Shown here in pieces: positions 33,501 to 36,000 of a DNA stretch of 64,000 nt. This DNA is from an uncultured candidatus Porisulfidus sp. (GTDB taxonomy: Bacteria; Pseudomonadota; Gammaproteobacteria; Poriferisulfidales; Oxydemutatoraceae). Positions within the stretch are counted from its first letter, which is position 1; each line of letters begins with the position of its first letter. The notes under the pieces were generated by a model. It was given only the letters and a program-made list of their open reading frames with translations. It made no database searches and was not told where the DNA came from. Location of the stretch: contig OZ244052.1 of the NCBI GenBank assembly GCA_965215125.1, positions 1,920,001 to 1,984,000 on the forward strand. The letters run 5' to 3'. The position numbers and the translations under genes were made by a program.

Positions 33501-36000
33501 GAGGATTACCGATACCACCGATACCGAAAACGACATACTACTTGCTCGAGGAGGTCAAAGTACAGCGACCAGGATTACTTTAGAAGAGACCGGAGATCGT
33601 AGAACCTTAGACATTGAAGTGACCGCACAAGACGGCATGACGAGTACTTATACCTTGACGGTGACGCGCGCCGAGAGTTCGGATGCGAGCTTGAGGTCGC
33701 TGAGCGTCGAGAATACCATCTCAAGCGATTTAGAAGTGGTAGACAACAAAACATTATATACTGCAACCCTACCCGAAGATGTGGCAAATACGACCGTGAC
33801 CGTCGTCGCTAACGAATTTGCAACGGTGGAAATCACCTTAGACGAAGATACCGTTTCTAACGGCAATAGCGCAAGCAGACCTGTTGTTATTGATGAGACC
33901 GGTGCTTCCAGAACCCTGCAAATCGTAGTGACTGCGCAAGACGGCACGATGAGTCCGATTTATACCTTAACGATAAACCGTGCGGAAAGTTCCAATGACG
34001 ATTTAAGTGAGTTGCAGTTGCTCGATATAAACAATGTGAATCTACTGCCGGACTTTGATCCTACGAGCGAAACACAAACCTATAGGCTTACGGTTGCTAA
34101 TACGACCACCGGCACTAGAGTGGTTGCTACAGCCCATCCGAGAGCGGTAATCGAGGTCGACGTAGACGGTGTAGAGACTACCGCCACCGGCACGATTAAC
34201 AGAAAGTTTGATTTGGAAGAAGTCGAAGTAGAAAAACGAATTCGTATCGTGGTTACTCCGCAAGACCGTAGTACGCCCCGAGGCTATACCGTGTTCGTTA
34301 AGCGTGCCAGAGCGGCTGCAACGAATGCAAACTTAGCAAGTATTACACTTTCTTTGGATAGCGACACGCCTCTCCTAACATTGACATCACCCGACGAAGG
34401 TACGAGCGCAACATATTCGGCGCGTATCATGGGGACAGCCGAGCGTGAAGTCCGGACCATAACACAAATCATAGTATCGCCGCGTCCCGAAGACGGAGGT
34501 GCGACGATTAGTATAGAAGACGATGAGGCGGTATCTATGCCCGATAAAATTGTCATGTTGAAAGCTGATCTCGATACATCGGAAGCACCGATAGCTATTA
34601 AAGTCATTGCCGAAGATAGAACGACATCTGCGACTTATAGCTTGGTGATAACCCGAGTGAGCAGTTCGGATGACAAGTTAGGAAATCTTGAGTTGAGACC
34701 TCAAGGCTTGACGCTAAGTCCACCGTTTAATAGCAGTACATTGCCATACACGGTGATGGGAAATATCGGAGCAGAACTTATATTGAGTGTGACTTCCGGT
34801 TTGGGTCAGCAGATTATAATAGGAGACGATGGGACACCCCTTATCGATGCCGGTTCGGAGGCAATAACCACATCTACACCCGTTGCTTTAGAATACGGAG
34901 AGAATACGATTGAGATTTTGGTAATTGCTCAAAACCGTATAACGAGTCAAACTTATATCTTGACTGCATTTCGTCCGGTGGTTTTGGAGGATTTAGATTT
35001 GGAGGGACTCGGTGATGGCGATGCATATAGTTTTGATCCTTTTGAAAGAAACTATGCGGTGAGGATTTCTACTCGAACGTTGGTGGTCACTCCGGTGATA
35101 CCTATGGATAGCAATATTGGATATACAATTTCTGAAGGAAGTACTATGCTAACGCCAAATGCCCCTGCATCCATTACGATTCCCGAAGGGGAAACCAGAG
35201 CTATCACCATAGCACTGGAAGCATCGAACGGAACGACGAACAGCTATGTGGTGACCGCGACTCGTGAAGATAGTAGTGATACTAGTTTGCAGACATTAAC
35301 GGTAGACAACGGAATGCCTGTCATTGATACTAACGACCCGCTAAGATATCTTGTGGAATTAGCAACTAATGTAGAAAAGACGACCATAACCGCAGTTGCT
35401 AATAATACGAATGCAAGATTGACAATCGGTGAAGTAGGAAATACTCCGAGTGATCCGGATCGCTCGGTGAGTCTACCGATTACGATTGCCGCCGGAACAC
35501 ATAAAGATGTCACTATTACCGTGACCGCACAAAACGATAGTACCCAAACTTATACCGTGGCTATATCTCGTGCCTCTGCGATGGGCATCAACGACACGGG
35601 AATTAGTCTCACATTGTCCGGAATAAGTGACTTAAATCCTGATCCCAATACTACGATGGGCTACATCGGCACCCTGAGTGACAATACTACGAATACCGAA
35701 GTATCTGCATTGGCAACTGTTAACGGCATAAGTATTCAAAGCATTCGCGTGAATACGAACACCACTGAATATATCAAGGATGGCACTTCTCAAGACCTAG
35801 ATGAAAATCTTAGCGTTATTTCTAATCCTAATATCCCGGTGGGAAATGGAACCACATTTACTATCTTAGTAAGACGCAGCGATAATACCGAAGATGGCTA
35901 CACCGAAGCGGAGTATACCGTTAATGTAGAAGGAACCACAGACCCCGGTACCGGTATTAGAATCAGAGCCAAGGTGTTCTTGGAAGGTCCACTGCAATAA
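1..36000 (+). CDS. Giant repetitive surface protein/adhesin, 5'-partial, at least 11,999 aa: GLUG-motif beta-helix modules plus a cadherin-like beta-sandwich stalk
   Basis: Frame 1 has no stop from base 1 (FNTENLYNYTRAEVKATANNITAGGLVG...) to TAA at 35998-36000, so the TTG at 76 is internal. Repeated motifs LEDLxAIR, FxGxFDGNGxTISNL, GGLVG/NSYA, SYWD and WDFG..QYP run to ~24500. About 105-aa units (DASLxSL...YTAT...VTAQ...TYTL) run from ~25600 to ~35940. Confidence 0.93.
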   Translation, partial: FNTENLYNYTRAEVKATANNITAGGLVGQLAGTSVDTANYWDADTSPSVTASAAGTSLTTSQLITPIAPNAKNPARYTDWSTDNWDFGTPEQYPILKHAPGPDDDGDGKGDACGTEFTPDCDALLLPEPRYGFIELSLGGDDFLDPPLDPENRYYNGTVVDADGDNVIRLVQTTKNPDSTVRVYIGDSETPLGAEFRSGQESEAIPLVLGRNLINVEIDPKPGIAPFRYTLDLLFERPTIEINYLEDLVAINDAPNFNYRLARNLDFEDNTSYRDLSNRDRWITNFGSMGGWSPIENFNGTFDGNGYTISNLQIVGPRSGSPENIGLFATIAAGGIVRNLGLLNLRIDIPIRLDANGGGIAAINRGTVINSYAVGTIEGANSGILVGRGERGSHIINSYAVGTLYESERLMRFNGGLAGTCRDSTIVNSHAHVEIANRVITQAARDVGGLVGSSWNCNIHNSFAVGRSDKVNNQDDRSFGGLIGVVERGGTVQNNYAYVDMAENLNAGGLLGDVLNSDMNTDIDIFNNYVIGTAASGFLRQYTESGPGELRSGANYWNIDTSRTVLTDSNVNASGQTTEALQLPTSADGIYGQWDEENWDFGTSEQYPILKYAAHPDPDADVQTCRRADDDSTRLPVCGDLIAPQLRYGLKNLDIADGTLTPAFTEENGEHYGSYLGTAFADPDAIRLIPTAFDDRAEIRIYQVDGRGERQLGGAFASGGISEPITLNQRSFSRYASAINYLIVEIDPEDPAAPTVRYPVYLMAVTPIRYLEDLHALDQPGNQFRNSVLVRDLDFEDPDSYRSGEVNRVWTVVDFSQPSMGWRPIRRNLRGIFDGNGHTLSNLRSSGFNSQAGLWNVVDPSGIVRNLGLLNVKIANNTISNGGALALQNAGTIIGSYAVVDISTSRNQVPTIGGLVGDNRGRIFNSYAVGNITVVDGPEGTPNISIENIASIGGLVGFSSNDAFGILNAPEKRGLIVNSYADVSLSTTDFRAGGLVGLCDACDIRNSFARGAVVGRGPRVASIGGFVGRLQGGFSLSNNYASGSVGRTNVARGVGDGGFFGSLLTAGSLNANYSVGMTDHGFGGGRLSETALGDVPNYWNTDTATTSGTNVSINASGKTTEMLRMPTTASGIYRQWSEDNWDFGTDTEYPVLKHTLFSSRDYGRSQSCRDTVDDLRPLPVCGSLIGPTSRSILKNLTLADGRELLPAFTNNGSYSGEVVEDSDIIRLIPTAFDRQAEIRIYVIDGNGERQVGATFGSGGTSAPITLDASVINRLIVEIISTDPTVPTIRYPLYLSYRVGPTKIDSLEALNAIRNRPDGDYILTRNLDFNDDDSYEDLSNKDAWTVSDYQSPVDLGWLPIGAIRTFTGTFNGAGHTISNLQINNSDGRIDKGLFGTIGASAVVRNIGLLDVNIVDNSDANTAALVGANNGRVVSAYAQGTIVGGSRSGGLVGWSGGEIVNSHTVVSVQGQGEEIGGLVGYNEGNIGNSSAAGDVAGTTNIGGLVGHHRNGSIYHSYVNSRVSGDNGVGGLLGFASAGNISDVYTTGRIDAQRNAGGLIGSTTATVSQRSYSIAEISAMLRDDSSFGSLVGRFEGGAELRDSYFNSDRASFPIVGQRADDTQITNASALTTVDLQLEPSNMSTFNNIYGAWRQDWDFGTSVQYPILVVSPNPDRNGAKTCGTFDTPLCRTSLRGNPALSALRFLSGQQSPDVDLRYRDHIGTIVNNVAETQLLAVATDPDAQITFYLNDRQHGERTVSGTAGASSAAMTLGEDGLNRIAVEVITPAVENDPGGVDRYNLSVRFRQINSDRNGNPFIEIATLEDLDAIRDNTSRSYILTADLDFNDDNSYGDLRNRAKNKAAWTVDNFAASDDEGWQPIDNFSGEFDGNGYTIFNLQINRDTKDDQGLFAVIADEGVVRNISLFGAMIEARNNVGVLAGRNNGTVIAVDAYARIDANNTVGGLIGNSRGWVIGSNAVVVISAVDSVGGLVGSSGATIINSYASGAVIAAGNRSGGLVGENSMPSGRIINSYAETEVTGNSEVGGLVGHSTATSVITDSYAAGSVRAVAEVDSGGPYAGGLVGRLRGASTVKNSYAIAAVEPDTRQNFVGGLIGNNGNRNEAITASYWDRDTTGQTGSAGGAGSTPIILQSATSHTNSGQQNRPYYLWSERNWNFGTAEQYPTLKYAPNPDREGPPTCGSAGLPECGSPLTPQLRNSLEDLKLASTSRLVPPFDANTGRHRNSYFGSATANPIRLIPTASQDDAVINIYAADGSTLLESALASGGTSGVIFLSDDINRIVLEIVAATTATVRYPVYIRRIDDVDGDGFIDIDNLEELRAITEINNRLKNYELVRSLDFNDPDSYGSGEVNREWTVEDFNNRGDLGWQPTSFAGEFNGNGYTISGLQINRVASDNVGLFSRLDTSGTIRNLGLLNLRIKAGNNTGGLLGANSGTVINCFVIGEIEGNIRVGGLIGISRILDKMRGGVINSYAEAMVSGVSNVGGLVGENPGHKIYNSYAGGRVVGDRTIGGLVGSMVPPFTGQEVNDADAVVNSYATARVMARRDAVGGLIGVIFRGNDSLYNNTYTTGQVDGNDSAGGLIGVINLGAASLDNSYITGRVDGNSNVGGLVGRTNGTIARIQNSYVNSDENPGISLGSGSFLNSSTQTSARLRQGTAQSSAPTDVYYRWSTDDWDFGNALQYPILKYAQTTGTGFVQACGNGSDDLPECGTPISPQIHDGLQNLSVADGAELDPPFGDAHRDLSGSYFGDLSHDASTLRIIPTAKVRNATINIYVGDVGGKQTPDQQIASGTTSTPITLVNGINRIVLEIVATGRATVRYPVYLRFDTQDRNRDGIIEIANLNELYNIRHNLSGNYRLVRNLDFDDPNSYAPGRYPPGEINREWTVLNFSDPADRGWLPIGTRTSSFRGEFDADGFTIANLRINDTRGNESGLFGNIGGRGVVRNLGLLNVKIQGRGDVGGLSVVNRGRIIGTYVIGELSGGYRRNIGGLVGENAGGEIVNSYAQVTLTAYRSEANSIGGLVGVVSSGGAIVNSHAGGILEHRGLHSGGLLGSTGWGDNPMPINIVNSYAEGRVAGVNHVGGLVGNLAVDGDAVSNSYARGEVSEFAATGNANQYVGGLVGLVNKGSITDSYAANNIIESSAVQRENIQIGSLVGSLLDDESPISASYADITRSRYNFIGTTSTLNSFNRTTAQLQTPTGRGESPGDTYHQWSETDWNFGDSTSYPILEYAAATDVLGGRNAACRSRTMNEATRLPVCGELISPPFENSLSSLNLGPGASLNPPFGDANRQLFGYYSGAVRFDLNSTQTDVSLFPVARKRNSTIDIYVNGVRSQQGLATNRLSRPIELTEGITFIVLVITSPGLEPVRYPVYLSYDPRDRNGNGFIEINNLEQLYDIRADIDTLTADYELTRDLDFNDPNSYASGIVNRDWTVERFDSPTDFGWEAIGGIVDDDCDDFDSRCFGGTFNGNGHTISNLSINGDADYQGLFVGIAGTGNVRALGLANLKIQAGDTVGGLAGRNEGTVIDSFAIGELSANDRVGGLVGINEGTVMDSYAIGELSANDSTGGLVGIGEGTIIGSYAITELSANNDVGGLVGESIGKILNSYAGGVITGNTGVGGLVGTATDMSGSGMIVNSHAGGIIHAFGDYVGGLVGRIGFGPGNEDFRIINSYANSLISSDGQYVGGLVSDSASGKFTISNSYAGGRVTESAFGNVTSIGGLAAVTLPDDSITDSYAVTEIYPQSAAVSKGSLVGNHSGRLASVYSDAARNPYIGITGRGGGQIEASSIRTTAEMQSATGPSTTQTGVYYNWDANAWDFGSRNEYPIPRYVSGPDADACGTDDTPSCGTPISPQTRYRTRGRGLRALNVEEGALYPRFDIDEQNRVGVYVGAVVADNAVAQLIATTMEANATYSVYLGPREIPLLSDARSGTTTTEITLSAREATRIVIEVKGTETEGTETVRYILYLKHLNNALAVDADHDGLIEIDSLEDLNAIRFVADSSGYRANARTASNSAGCPNGLCRGYELTGNLDFNNPDDYENIDNRARWHDDGSWPPIGNPVRFFTGTFNGNGFAISNLKVRANGGLFGVIGSDREAEAADVRNFIRGLGLLNVDIQGDVVGGIARYCNRCSIDNTYVVARIKGTESAAGFVNEYSISSTSSPDIFIHNSYFIGRVDARHIAGGFIGSGDFHPRISDSYVIGRIIAGSSVAQVGSFAATGLDNFNIARSFAAASATRAGVPQGLSGGGIGNGSIEATYIDGDIAGLQTAEPADVQSTEALQIPTDAIGIYSRWRTENWDFGTREQYPAIKYSQCEETASAFCGSVFPYQGGLLKSLKLPENIGINPPFDFATFNYEIAVPLGQKILQFTPESFGTSATIAISVDGVMLAEVPSGRIVPRITLDTRGETIVDVVVKESTDRTSYRYRFTVFNLDVRIYTTAIDADDDGLIDVGTPEQLNAMRYSLDGSFYRERADGARVYCRSGCRGYELNADIDLTGVDWQPIGGSDAGFNTHFNGNGYTLSNLTWNAPVSDDIGLFHTLGENARIEDIRLIDPQIRITQVDSPDRLIGTLAATNFGIIFNSRVENATIDIQRSSTNTSVGGLVADNRGVIVNSGVAGGSMITASDPGNLAGLVHLNSNGVIHGSFATISISAKNSNRFRAAGLVNTNNNQSVISDSYAQGDIAFDFGGSRAGLVERNNASIENSYSTVNIRGNGGGLVESRFSDSTIRNSYWDADTSGQTTGLAGTSRTTVELQSGVAQNNNIDTVYYQWNPEHWHFGNSDQYPTVLYQDGNLDLCREPTETQLQRCAGLVSGGLSEADRAIVCRDRLPGNRVDPPYCGALVPSQARVGLIGLELSAGVELVPEFSPEVESYELNVDSGTTTFDIMPTAYYQTDTVSLITGSDERIVADNTSRRLDIADIDDFSLAVRAAATTRTRLYTVVLRETTVPEAVRMGIQISALDGLNLFPDFSQDITDYGVTAYSDTSHMRLLVSAMDTVAGFIPDVEVTGAGGMDAELNSPLTQLTKFFNVPLNDVGMTTITVTVSSGFRYRFEYTINVDRLPFSIPINSKGDRLADVDGNGLLEVGTVEQLDAMRYQPNGSGYRASGTVSEINSGCPPSGCIGYELVADLDFLDESSYDNAQLTMPLWTTGAGWQPIGSRTNPFTSRFVSSDRTISNLSIRRRGSDDIGLFGVIRGAVIINGIGLINVEIAGNNRVGALVGVDLGGNSRIINSYASGTVRAFGDDADGLAGVHRGNAGGLVGVHRGRIVNSFVSGLVTAPDGAAGGLVGSLLSGNIDNSYAGGAVIGRFAGGLVGSMQTAVITNSYAAVSIGGNTGGGLVGIVARGGASTIDDSYAVGRNSSGDAKGLASEEQAGLLTVTTSYWDSDVANVSTSDGGGSGRTTANLRQTISNTGIYAGWAEEHWWFVPREQYPRLRYQSQCETSGSTTRPDCGELLPGQYTGLMRLTFSQEVLHLEPQFNPRIFDYALTLKADETQFTMTPTWYNNNQVGISDTSGTNSSQKVSSGQESASITVPVNGLNIMVRATGTTIINNEDKNLIYRISVSRHPYLTLGDVDEDDDGLIEVRDFRDLNAMRYQLDGSGYRASTTAEKISVGCPSSTGCIGYELATSIDFARRNWNPIGASGAGGFSCDHPTSECFAAIFDGNRDLGYEISNLSIAASDADNVGLFAYLSAAAGVRNLVLSNISLQGSEGVGGIAGYSAGTLENNGVDGTVVGKAYLGGVVGYNDGLIRENFADVVVGGDTSGENDNIGGLVGYNTDRIFNSYAIGSVSGDNNIGGLVGRSERGGHIINSHANNRVSGINHIGGLVGRNDDNSRILSSYALGEVSGNTGVGGLVGLNFGILRDTYASGNIVASDRVGGLVGDNRNADNNAIGNSYAIGRVRGDTEVGGLIGYNTGTGNITDSYWDMNTSGLTQSAGGSGQTTARLRIDIIGSGTTIFGSSNSIFLHWDLAQWQSSRNQYPILKYANYSIDGSRTCRFVDSRILQQSPELVPDDLAICGQSTNILQPRTFQSYGLNSLLSLGIPQLSPQFSPTRLRYRVDVEFDEAVERSLLLSLVPTAADPDAIIDIAYNGEQSTVASGAGEEIVLDPASEDDIIITVRTPSPDAKSNPKSVVEYVLELDYFVVDLAREIVIAVNREVDSDGDGLIEINYLEDLDAVRNDVDGIVYRYTFPNGISVRSATGCPTTPTVGCRGYELIRDLDFLDPDSYLSGTVNLDWVNRWDPIANTEFSECNLGTCFNGIFDGNNHTIHNLRIGADVGKDAAGLFHSIGRTGRVSNLSLRNVTIENLAPRTVQVGSLAGHSYGTISNTRVINGKILIDQPPIPDDRGGVGRDRRGVGGLVGTNEVGGIVRYSSAHIDVSTHIDDSTMAGISDIRTGGLVGSGRTGGKIFNSYAIGTVTGDFIAGLVGFRDNVNNVVENSYMMVKLNIIGRENPNSNLIGTISGISVDSPFLTFRDAIKNSYVAGRFVNNSGLATNRFFLNIFTPRPGLGDNDKYLFFDELSSGRAGATDSYWDENFGNINRNIASRRMTAQLQMPTTSTGIYENWSTADWDFGTASQYPTLRAADGELAPEVWDMLVDDIAPTRALILPDEDMFDQFIFRGRQLIVDGNRLLAPITLDTDPAVADIEVEIYCDRFRCRLADPDDSTSVILGTTDTRQIRFTARRGNRVSDYNFDVAYDELFLNNVDNISVDEGDTFDVIGEYPDKLGLSTTPNFTIKWSQITETDPSIALVDTNRLNLGLRPQANVVAESSDHSIVTFRLEVGIGDQAHIVRDISARINKVNNAPPTGSLALQLADNRRIRFVVLSQPNDIDGGLGQPTLQFQRRLVGDRSGIWDNFQLPESPPNLYTAPLEARSYEYRIVASYRDGQGYSESLITNSVTIISTQDPDGDFVLNDDDIDDDNDGLIEIRCLEDLNRVRYELDGRGYKDSEDDALNTTGCPIGGCIGYELVENLDFEDDASYCTSDTDTTARDALKAAWTVAQGNFGNPRDLSWQPIGGVFSAVFDGNNNKISNLQINSSVPTTQTNVGLFSVIGANAKVENLQLEDVAIKGFVVRRNIGGIAGTLRRDGLVFNSYVTGNTERNNTNKVISGDLGIMGGLIGLNRGNILNSYAQINIRLDARSGTLPPVTSDVKFAGGLVGENSGGGKILNSYYANGEILGPCAVGGLVGVQRSENRNTLSLTSEIRNSYVFAARVQLNRAESRCGNWINNTVYAGGLVGFSADSPITNSYVGNGTRAFRDGNRNTCSSSQIALQNFSVDGDPITRNIAIRLGGFAGRVNNNDITDGYWEYNGYQCSSGPNPYYGLADSPLRARHGNDELIFPTAPNAAPLDGQCEDLRLGTGTNSKYSCTTYTNWSTDDWFFGSSNEYPFIRHAVGLVRNNPGCDFDDNTSLPECGALLPGRPRSDLNVRDNPVPGLSPPLQVDIPPQARIRYAVDGDTLTELNAPNTITIDEGETLTLDALRSISANNTPLNYLWRQASGPMLLLEPVAGTEIQLRAADDFVAADVDSAQVVIWLELGERNNPDLFTLTSITLNVIKRNSQGSLTVDWLGDAVLYLSEINDPDGGPFTDVEYQWRRGSDGRFVDIIGANELSYRVPPEARDSQYRLQVGYTDGQGYFNRVSFDAQPYSTIADLVDKDRDGLIEISTIEQLSAIRHQPDGSGYKAEMNGASDSSGCPGGTCRGYELVRNLDFDDRASYSSTATDVIEQWDNWNGIDNFNTVFEGNELTISNLKIIGEANSSNIGLFGRTLQAAEIRNISLAQASVQGANRVGMLAGNFTGRAITDSHVLSGDVVVTGEIGGCLIGRAGGNATISDSSVNCTITGYNTVGGLVGESSAGIERSFATGAVVELPLSNLSRTIEIGGLVATLLDGRIEDSYAAVDIRSQSTNNLIFSSSGVGGLVGRSEFGASINNSYAIGDVINVGDARIDLVGGLVGDAGGSISNSYATGNVDVSSGLQSLNTGGLVGRLNATTVDNSYASGDVKGYRNVGGLIGLVRDSNSGINNSYANGAVSGDARIGGLVGNANGSISDSYAIGNLSGRADVGGFAGIGSASLQNSYWDTDRSGTTSSVVARGFASEVLKSATAPSMTANGVYYTWSSDNWDFGVDTQYPALKYRDASCGTATPSSNCGEVLLRQRLGLRDIRLSQLGATRQAQIVPTFDATIDKEDPDATAVRDYRLYVDSNALEFGINAVANSRDSVIAVDGGPVSAGTVDYSPALDFSTTTVVKILVSEPYEIEGKENLKVEYRLTLNAFPMVDDIQYQAALDEQSAPLNASVPIREGHFIVLTSRVSDINGNDLSYRWTVDRTQVSLLDESTLVGTVVGGSGNIILPFYLTDDFVAADRSQEMVRVSLTVQDSEGISMTEELSLPVMKHNNGTIGGISTPTQIGFTYTAPTVTATQLAEDPDRGGDIDSIGYQWQRQLDGVWSDIAGETDPRYTVSGSIADFYRVFIGYTDGQGYRVEVPSAPAQASSGLLLRALPEAGADVIGNLTIRFRAENLREAEGEMRDGFFITTTKYTVPTETADITVTAFGGGEDIRVNDMPIGIDSERTLPLDFGNNEITVQWRDEEGSMERTFTITVRRAYDTTLPSLRIAWQGQTAIDFTETPSQSDTDYELSEFIPNNIQTVSVFARISEAVNIAIDLNGDNVGNVSTSTSTEAGAVVARATFGGLVLGENTIRFVISSPDGLQSQEYTATVWRRYNARLEALSTSATEEQLSPPFSSGTTEYSARTANHRVSERIDFSGAAGTTVVVNNVARGSTSTLPLRIGDNTAELIVMAPRERDTTYTVIVHREYSLNLRSLSLANAVELVPTLVPTRDRYITENRYTATVPDTTTQVTVTFATDLGIRSLLSAPIRPVITENNTIRNNDTDDRIEITASVPLKFDENPILIRTSALGEQRVTTLTVTRLRGKNPDLQPQPDGLVPETADSISYDEDTRRYTIDVPNRIADLRLTLRPQDPNVSSITLGNRQLDLRGLRDTGSVDGIISDLIEGGVVEVGLKIIAHNGINSQTYTVRINRALSSNDNLDYVQLSQFNEGQDSAAASYRIDSGQFIGIGLLSQQSVRNEVDKIKLLPITEHRDATVRITKVGDTPEVVYLDAKGSGSTPSDFINLDLGQNDIKIRVTAPDRIESTTYTLSITRNLSDNTELETAPSVSGNPAQLVRRGVYIAELARNTTSFSVEATALHPSATVTINSMGGGRTASLTNIPINVDMPEQEFTIVVQAQNRITTQPYVLTVSLIRSSDASLASLRVSNTSPSNIVLQDNIDKYNATLAEDRFVTTVTAVATDRFATVKIIENGITIMSGDQNVSRRIFIFETGSSRDLQVEVTAQDMTTRTYTLTITRAESSNNCLSAIAILNRDGNQLRNRNIRCDDTNPSFDIANSVAQILVRPTAEDRRATIKVHAPGDTVGERVRSGANSTRPITVPEGGTTTITIVVTAQNDETRPYTVAVNRAESSNADLSDLQLLDINNVNLLPDFDPTSETQTYRLTVPNTTTGTRVIAAAHPKAGIRVDIDDVDAIATGTINREFDLEEVEVEKRIRIVVTSQDRSTTRGYTVFVKRARADRNNANLASIAISLDNDTPLLTLTSPDEGTSATYSARIMGTAEREIQTIEQLIVSPRPEDGGATISIDGGTVESMPDKTVMLTAPLDTPEEPPIAIKVIADDKTTSAVYSLQITRVSSADVGFATVVVGGTELDIDDRSTRYTASIGERTTNTIVSVRTRHSQATMEITLGSDTVSTGNRASRRVVIDDTGGRERLQIKVIAQNRTTSRTYTVRVERDRSSDTSLASLSAENTRASDLEVVDNKTLYTATLAEDVVSTTVTAVAKDRFATVKIIENGITIASGSREVERNIFIPETGGSRTLQVEVTAQNRAQQTYRLTVERDPSTDDRLYRLVLRPSSGGAVPIVTRPTTTTEYRARFNFNVTGVRVQASAHPNADKIEVFAPGSSAGEEIAQGGISSSISLTEGEPSVIRILVTAQNGETTRPYVIRVTRALNPDDDLRGLGLISEDVRLDRPFTRNNRLYRVLGNIGEELTVTVTSGSGQRIIVDDDEMPLIEAGSEPITSAFSRSLEYGENTIEILVIAQNRTTSQTYTLNAFRPVVLEDLDLGGLSDGDAYRFDPFERNYAVRISTRTLVVTPVIPMDSNIGYTISEGSTMLTPNASASITIPEGETRAITITLQAPNGTMNSYRVQATRERSDNANLGNLQISFETTLFQFGNLATSANYVYTVPNRITDITLSAGVAQTSATIIDFRVNGNRASGVSSDKTEIDRTIPLNEGETKEITIKVLAQDLETSKTYTIGVTRRLSGNTDLSEAPIIIIPGVGETTATAVSGSDTEYTAVIDRNVTLFSVSATAAHSSATVTISIDDGSDAVGGRTATKTGIPISVPTRLSDIALARQKITIVVRAPDRTTTREYTLTVSLADSTDVRLASLSVGGFVLPAGSDGTYNASLLEDAPNPQVAASAIDLFATVTITDTENGTLLVEGGQRASGTITLETGETKILSIKVTAQDSMTSQTYTLTMTRAESSDASLASLGVSNISPSNIVLRDNLFTYTATLAEDVANTTVTAVAGNRFAMVTITEITENNMPFAAGVERAIGRATLDRTGDTRTFEIRVTAQNLVAMSRIYTLEVTRAKSSDASLRSLTVERADPEELVSEADRDEYTATVGVDVVNTTVTVVANDEFATVTITDTENDTLLAEGRQSTATRITLEKTGASRTLQIVVTAQNDMTSTYTLTVVRAESSDASLASLSVENTISSDLEVVDNKTLYTATVGADVVNTTVTAVANNTSATVTITENGILVAGGDDRRAERSITLARRGDTKTLQIKVTAQNGMTSRTYTLIVARGVSLDASLASLSVENTISSDLEVVDNKTLYTATVGVDVANTTVTVVANDEFATVRITDTENDTLLAEGVQSTATRITLEETGVRKTLQIKVIAESPTTSQTYTLTVVRADSTDASLASLSVENTISSDLEVVDNKTLYTATLAEDVANTTVTAVAGNRFATVTITEITENNMPFAEGVERAIGRATLDRTGDTRTFEIRVTAQNRVAMSRIYTLEVTRAKSSDASLRSLSVENTISSDLEVVDNKTLYTATLAEDVVNTTVTVVANDEFAMVRITDTTDTENDILLARGGQSTATRITLEETGDRRTLDIEVTAQDGMTSTYTLTVTRAESSDASLRSLSVENTISSDLEVVDNKTLYTATLPEDVANTTVTVVANEFATVEITLDEDTVSNGNSASRPVVIDETGASRTLQIVVTAQDGTMSPIYTLTINRAESSNDDLSELQLLDINNVNLLPDFDPTSETQTYRLTVANTTTGTRVVATAHPRAVIEVDVDGVETTATGTINRKFDLEEVEVEKRIRIVVTPQDRSTPRGYTVFVKRARAAATNANLASITLSLDSDTPLLTLTSPDEGTSATYSARIMGTAEREVRTITQIIVSPRPEDGGATISIEDDEAVSMPDKIVMLKADLDTSEAPIAIKVIAEDRTTSATYSLVITRVSSSDDKLGNLELRPQGLTLSPPFNSSTLPYTVMGNIGAELILSVTSGLGQQIIIGDDGTPLIDAGSEAITTSTPVALEYGENTIEILVIAQNRITSQTYILTAFRPVVLEDLDLEGLGDGDAYSFDPFERNYAVRISTRTLVVTPVIPMDSNIGYTISEGSTMLTPNAPASITIPEGETRAITIALEASNGTTNSYVVTATREDSSDTSLQTLTVDNGMPVIDTNDPLRYLVELATNVEKTTITAVANNTNARLTIGEVGNTPSDPDRSVSLPITIAAGTHKDVTITVTAQNDSTQTYTVAISRASAMGINDTGISLTLSGISDLNPDPNTTMGYIGTLSDNTTNTEVSALATVNGISIQSIRVNTNTTEYIKDGTSQDLDENLSVISNPNIPVGNGTTFTILVRRSDNTEDGYTEAEYTVNVEGTTDPGTGIRIRAKVFLEGPLQ
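10603..10836 (+). repeat. Three tandem 78-bp (26-aa) GLUG rung repeats
   Basis: Units (N/G)EGT(V/I)xxS(F/Y)AIxELSANxxxGGLVG start at 10603, 10681 and 10759, with high DNA similarity. Confidence 0.85.
28480..29169 (+). repeat. Intragenic direct repeat X, copy 1 (two cadherin-like domains); copy 2 at 33979-34665
   Basis: Near-identical DNA and protein: LQLLDINNVNLLPDFDPTSETQTYRLTV ... TPLLTLTSPDEGTSATYSARIMGTAERE ... ITRVSS. Confidence 0.9.
30211..30720 (+). repeat. Intragenic direct repeat Y, copy 1; copy 2 at ~34756-35264
   Basis: Shared LEYGENTIEILVIAQNR...AFRPVVLEDLDL...FDPFERNYAVRISTRTLVVTPVIPMDSNIGYTISEGSTMLTPNA, near-identical at DNA level in the core. Confidence 0.88.
31711..33978 (+). 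repeat. Seven tandem 312-330 bp cadherin-like units with long identical DNA tracts
   Basis: Unit starts at 31711, 32041, 32362, 32683, 33007, 33337 and 33667. SLSVENTISSDLEVVDNKTLYTAT occurs in five of them. Confidence 0.9.

Noticed and set aside
117-35513. Numerous 60-212 aa ORFs antisense to or overlapping the giant gene
   Set aside because: Shadow frames expected from biased codon usage and repeats; no recognisable motifs.
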